A stretch of 64,000 bases of DNA, from the IMG/VR virus record IMGVR_UViG_3300037358_000003, positions 1 to 64,000 of that record; one strand, given 5' to 3'. This DNA comes from a virus. The first letter of the stretch is position 1; the number at the start of each line of letters is the position of its first letter. The notes below the pieces were generated by a model. It had not been told where the DNA came from and ran no database searches. It saw only the letters and a program-made list of their open reading frames with translations. Made by a program: the position numbers and the translations under genes. Positions 61,601 to 64,000 of the stretch are shown here, one piece after another.

Positions 61601-62413
61601 CACCAGATTCGGATAGCCGGGTCGATAACTTGAACCAGTAGCAGTACCAGTGAAGGTGTATGACCCTACACCAGTCCCGTATGTGGTGAGAATACCGGCA
61701 GCGACTCCGGTGAAAGTGTACGAACCCGTTCCAGTTGCAACACCCGCAGAAATGGTGACCGTAGTTGCGATCCACTCCGCCGAAGTTCCAAGCGTAGACG
61801 ATGCTGCCTGCGCTGTTGTGGTCGCACTGAGCGTTTTATAGCCAACACGCGTCGCAACTGTGTGCGATGCGATTGTGTCGCTAACCTGAGTGAGCGACGT
61901 ATAGCCTGTTGAAATTGTGCCAATGACACCATCGCCAATTTCAGAAATGACGCCAATAACGAAATCATTGGGCTGACTAAGTGTAGCGGTATTGCCAGAG
62001 TTTGCGGCGGTGGATGACCCCGTTGCGACAACAAACTTGTCGAGTGCGCCCGCCACCGCGCCGGTAATCTCCATTCCCTGAATGGCAAAGTTCAAGTTGG
62101 TTGGACTGCTTGACAGCGTAATTTGGATGGTCGTTACTGACAACGCGGCAGGACAGAACCACACGTCTTGTCGGCCAGCGGTTGCACCAGCGAACGCACC
62201 CGTGGAGAGTTGCGTCCAGCCAGCGTTACTCGCGGAGTCTGTGATGCCAGTAACGGTAGGCGCTCCGGTGCCAATCCTGGTGATGCACAGGATCAGTCCG
62301 TTGCCAGACACCGTTGTGGTGAGACTACTGTTGGCGTTAGTTAGCGTTAGCGGCGACGAGTCGGGATTTGACGTTGTGGCGTAGCTGAATGACTGCTTGA
62401 GTGACCAGGCCAC
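58607..62413 (-). CDS. Large tail/baseplate protein with LamG-like domain
   Basis: GRQHELDRVQ..NRDGSF, PVAYYRLGD, DGGWHHLVV, IDEVALY; 1268 aa. Confidence 0.8.
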   Translation of the reverse strand: MAWSLKQSFSYATTSNPDSSPLTLTNANSSLTTTVSGNGLILCITRIGTGAPTVTGITDSASNAGWTQLSTGAFAGATAGRQDVWFCPAALSVTTIQITLSSSPTNLNFAIQGMEITGAVAGALDKFVVATGSSTAANSGNTATLSQPNDFVIGVISEIGDGVIGTISTGYTSLTQVSDTIASHTVATRVGYKTLSATTTAQAASSTLGTSAEWIATTVTISAGVATGTGSYTFTGVAAGILTTYGTGVGSYTFTGTATGSSYRPGYPNLVQTTDGALGDTTSVTVPLSSSTAAGDLLTVAIATTVPVESITDSIGSRWIQIGYSYPSNMIVGCELWAARGISGGSASVTITCATAAYAAINVTEWSGLWYVDPLDQWSQNFGTSESIIPQTVQPRADRDLVISVGTTDSVTIGLPTGGFTALPMPGANTVAAYSVLSGSVASAMDWGMGSSQAWAAVEACFVAGVAGLNPEFQFPETLVEISTTNNFLAPLEGTGVWTNASSYMRSMTLGPLGRQHELDRVQAASAQIIANNRDGSFNTWNTSSYLYNNGLGLKPMNPVKVTAAWDGVTSPQYYGYIQAVVPQITDALNVDAEITCVDIFQMLSLQYLANNNYAQSVLSNGPVAYYRLGDQPATYTTLDSSGNGYTGSLISGISGTPAYGSAGAMLYDPNTALDCTNGTNGPNGGFCTIDNTTQPPTIHNPLQSATNWSFECLLKWTQTAAVTDGGVGTVFYATAASGEQIAIQVGQGLVSVANPSGASVSAVNTFNDAFILSPGWCGNGWEASTSYSTGTLICPSGASGFLFYMDVTTGSSGSSQPVWNTTIGAITTDGAIQWLCFSNFSAIVPNTVLMDGGWHHLVVVYDDSLNAVVPVVDGVELNLGAFVTLTGSSPYGIQIGIESATTSAESLVPTILGTWKFGQPAADGVLTGGAVESLLQAEETNGFPGVIDEVALYDTLMTGTQIISDYHTFTWFQTQEFGASVGGPLAGRFNKVLQVAKLNPSTILNVPYQFRTLLYAEQDAVTTTSALNYLQTQTESEPGLIFQAPNGMINAYSRQYQYLNPTSIVSQGIFGDTSAAAYRFDGPSLQITSDDLDTWNDIEVQSGIPATATTGQVEIGVLQEWGPAQSAAAAQSASVYGGRTLQGLTSLQMAYNSDALSIAQNYFNWYGVPIQRVTQLTLNSQGNSGNNISQMLQRGLYDRLTVQYQGQTPGSVFAQDALVEQIQHTVDMSGPTWTTVFSLSPYEILLEPTILGTWRFGESASEAVLTL

Positions 62414-62420
62414 GAGTTAG

Positions 62421-62801
62421 TTACGTAACCGTTTGGTTAACGGCACCGCTGTTGAACACCACGGACGAGCCGAGAGAGATGGCGCCAGACAGTCCGGTCG
62501 TTGTACCGCCGCCAAGATAAGTGCCCCCGGTTAAGACTATCCACAGGCCGTAATATGGAGTGCCCCCAGATTCAGCGGGCATGTTTGAGAACGTCTGGGC
62601 ATTGTTTGATGCCTGTGAGCCAGCGGACGGATTGGCAAAGGTGATCGCCTGGCGGCCATAGGCACTGCCGCCAGAGTTCGTTACCTCACTGGCGCCACCG
62701 CCGCCTGGGTTGGATGTGTGTAGGCTGAGATAGTACGTAGTTGAAGGCACGAATGCTGCGGTGAGCATCGTATTCGCTTGTGTTGCGGGGAGGTCTGCCA
62801 T
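62421..62801 (-). CDS. Small virion protein (paralog of 5605-5979)
   Basis: YYLSLHTSNPGGGGASEV..YGRQAITF. Confidence 0.65.
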   Translation of the reverse strand: MADLPATQANTMLTAAFVPSTTYYLSLHTSNPGGGGASEVTNSGGSAYGRQAITFANPSAGSQASNNAQTFSNMPAESGGTPYYGLWIVLTGGTYLGGGTTTGLSGAISLGSSVVFNSGAVNQTVT

Positions 62802-63019
62802 TGCGATCCTTTGTTCTTGACAATTGGAGTGATCGGGCGTAAGATGGTGCCCATGACCAAGTGGTTTGTGCTAGCGATAGTGGCGTACAACGTTTGTGCG
62901 CAGATGATTCTGGACTGGTGGCCCCTTGTGGCGCTACTGACCATTGGAATCTTCAATGGTGCATGGATGTTGCAGAACGTGCGGCGTTATCGCCTGTCTT
63001 AATATTGCAGTTTACGACG

Positions 63020-63274
63020 TTAGCGAGGCACGGCATTCGTGTTGATGCCTGTTGACGTGGCCTGTTGCGTGCCCCCAGCGTACTGGCCGAACGCGTTTCC
63101 CGTCGCCCGAGCACTCTTCAACACTTTGGATGTCACAGCAGTAGTCAGTTGTGACAAGAGAGTTGGATTGTTGACCAACGCACTGACCATGCGCGGCAAG
63201 AGTGCCGCAACCAACTGATCCCCGCTAACCGTCATCTCTATGCCTGATACATCCATATCCCCATCGTTAGCCAT
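63020..63274 (-). CDS. Hypothetical tail-region protein
   Basis: Position and RBS. Confidence 0.5.
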   Translation of the reverse strand: MANDGDMDVSGIEMTVSGDQLVAALLPRMVSALVNNPTLLSQLTTAVTSKVLKSARATGNAFGQYAGGTQQATSTGINTNAVPR

Positions 63275-63281
63275 GTTCGTC

Positions 63282-64000
63282 CTATCCGATTACGAGTTTG
63301 ATGCCGCCACTTGCCTTGATGCTGGTGTGCGGTAGCTGCGTGACCTTGATGCCCGTATTCAACTGACCCTTCAGCGCCGTCGTGTCTGTATTGATTTTTT
63401 GCATGGCCTCTTTCAAGTCTTCCAACTGACTCAACTTGGCCGTGTCTGTTTTGATTGACGCCTGAATGGACTTTTGGTCGGCGGCAGCGGTCTGAAGTGA
63501 TTGCAGCTTCTGATTAGCGTTGTCAACGGACTGCTTATCCTGTTGAATGGCTGCTGTGGACGCGTGCACGTCCTCAGCCTTGGCGAGCACGGACTTGGCC
63601 TCATCCACGGCAGCCTTGGCAGCGTCAATGTGTGCTGTGCCATACACTGAGTCGGCGTGTGCAGCGGCTTGCAGAACGTCGATTTTGTCCTTCAGACTGC
63701 TGATATTGGTGTCAACGGAGGTCAGTTTGTCCAACCCGCCGAGCTTGGGAAACCACTTTTGTTCCGTGGTGATCAGTGCGTTATCTGCGGCTTTTGCTTC
63801 TGCCGAATTCTTGCCGTACTCTGTGGCCTGTTGTGTCGCAGTTGCCTTCAATTGACTTAGAACTGCCATTTGCTTTTGTAGAGTGGAGTCCTTGGCGCGA
63901 TCCGTATCGAGCTTACTCTGTGAGCCAGGTGCCGCTGTTGGAGAACTGGGGGCTAGTGCATGAAAAAGACCCCCAAAGGCATGATTGATGTCATTATTGA
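63282..64000 (-). CDS. Probable tape-measure protein C-terminus (5' truncated)
   Basis: Frame is open to the window edge; A/K/Q/D-rich coiled coil directly upstream of tail genes. Confidence 0.6.
   Translation of the reverse strand, partial: NNDINHAFGGLFHALAPSSPTAAPGSQSKLDTDRAKDSTLQKQMAVLSQLKATATQQATEYGKNSAEAKAADNALITTEQKWFPKLGGLDKLTSVDTNISSLKDKIDVLQAAAHADSVYGTAHIDAAKAAVDEAKSVLAKAEDVHASTAAIQQDKQSVDNANQKLQSLQTAAADQKSIQASIKTDTAKLSQLEDLKEAMQKINTDTTALKGQLNTGIKVTQLPHTSIKASGGIKLVIG

Noticed and set aside
1-64000. Genome-wide TAG reassignment suggested by the 3390 stop
   Set aside because: Other genes (initiator 21063, ERF 24497) end at TAG with normal length and coupled downstream starts, and long genes are uninterrupted.

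Overview
This is a 64-kb piece of a tailed dsDNA phage or prophage genome, most likely infecting an actinobacterium (it carries WhiB, Lsr2-like domains, an Rpf-like transglycosylase and a class 3 intein). The minus strand from 1 to 27.8 kb holds fibre-like structural genes, portal, two glycosyltransferases flanking a tyrosine recombinase, GIY-YIG/HNH endonucleases, an intein-containing terminase and a replication/recombination block (DnaB-like helicase, initiator, WhiB, resolvase, SSB, ERF, exonuclease). The plus strand from 27.8 to 55.5 kb is an accessory region of several dozen small genes, with five DNA methyltransferases, three SLOG proteins, GroES and an intact IS1595 carrying a protease passenger. 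The minus strand from 55.5 to 64 kb holds a holin-like gene, a phosphoesterase, tail genes and a probable tape-measure end. No capsid or endolysin gene is visible. The main unexplained signal is about 25 copies of a 26-bp imperfect palindrome, YG-N3-GAAW-N8-WTTM-N3-CR, at gene junctions of the accessory region. Four copies lie exactly 1 nt from a DnaA-box-like 11-mer. These could be the recombination sites of an integron-like cassette system run by the tyrosine recombinase, or an operator network. Other notable signals are nine sigma70-type promoters (eight apparently leaderless), a promoter-driven ~230-nt structured ncRNA candidate, a kissing-loop RNA upstream of the Rpf-like gene and a tRNA-like minihelix. 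All motif finding was by eye; no searches were run.
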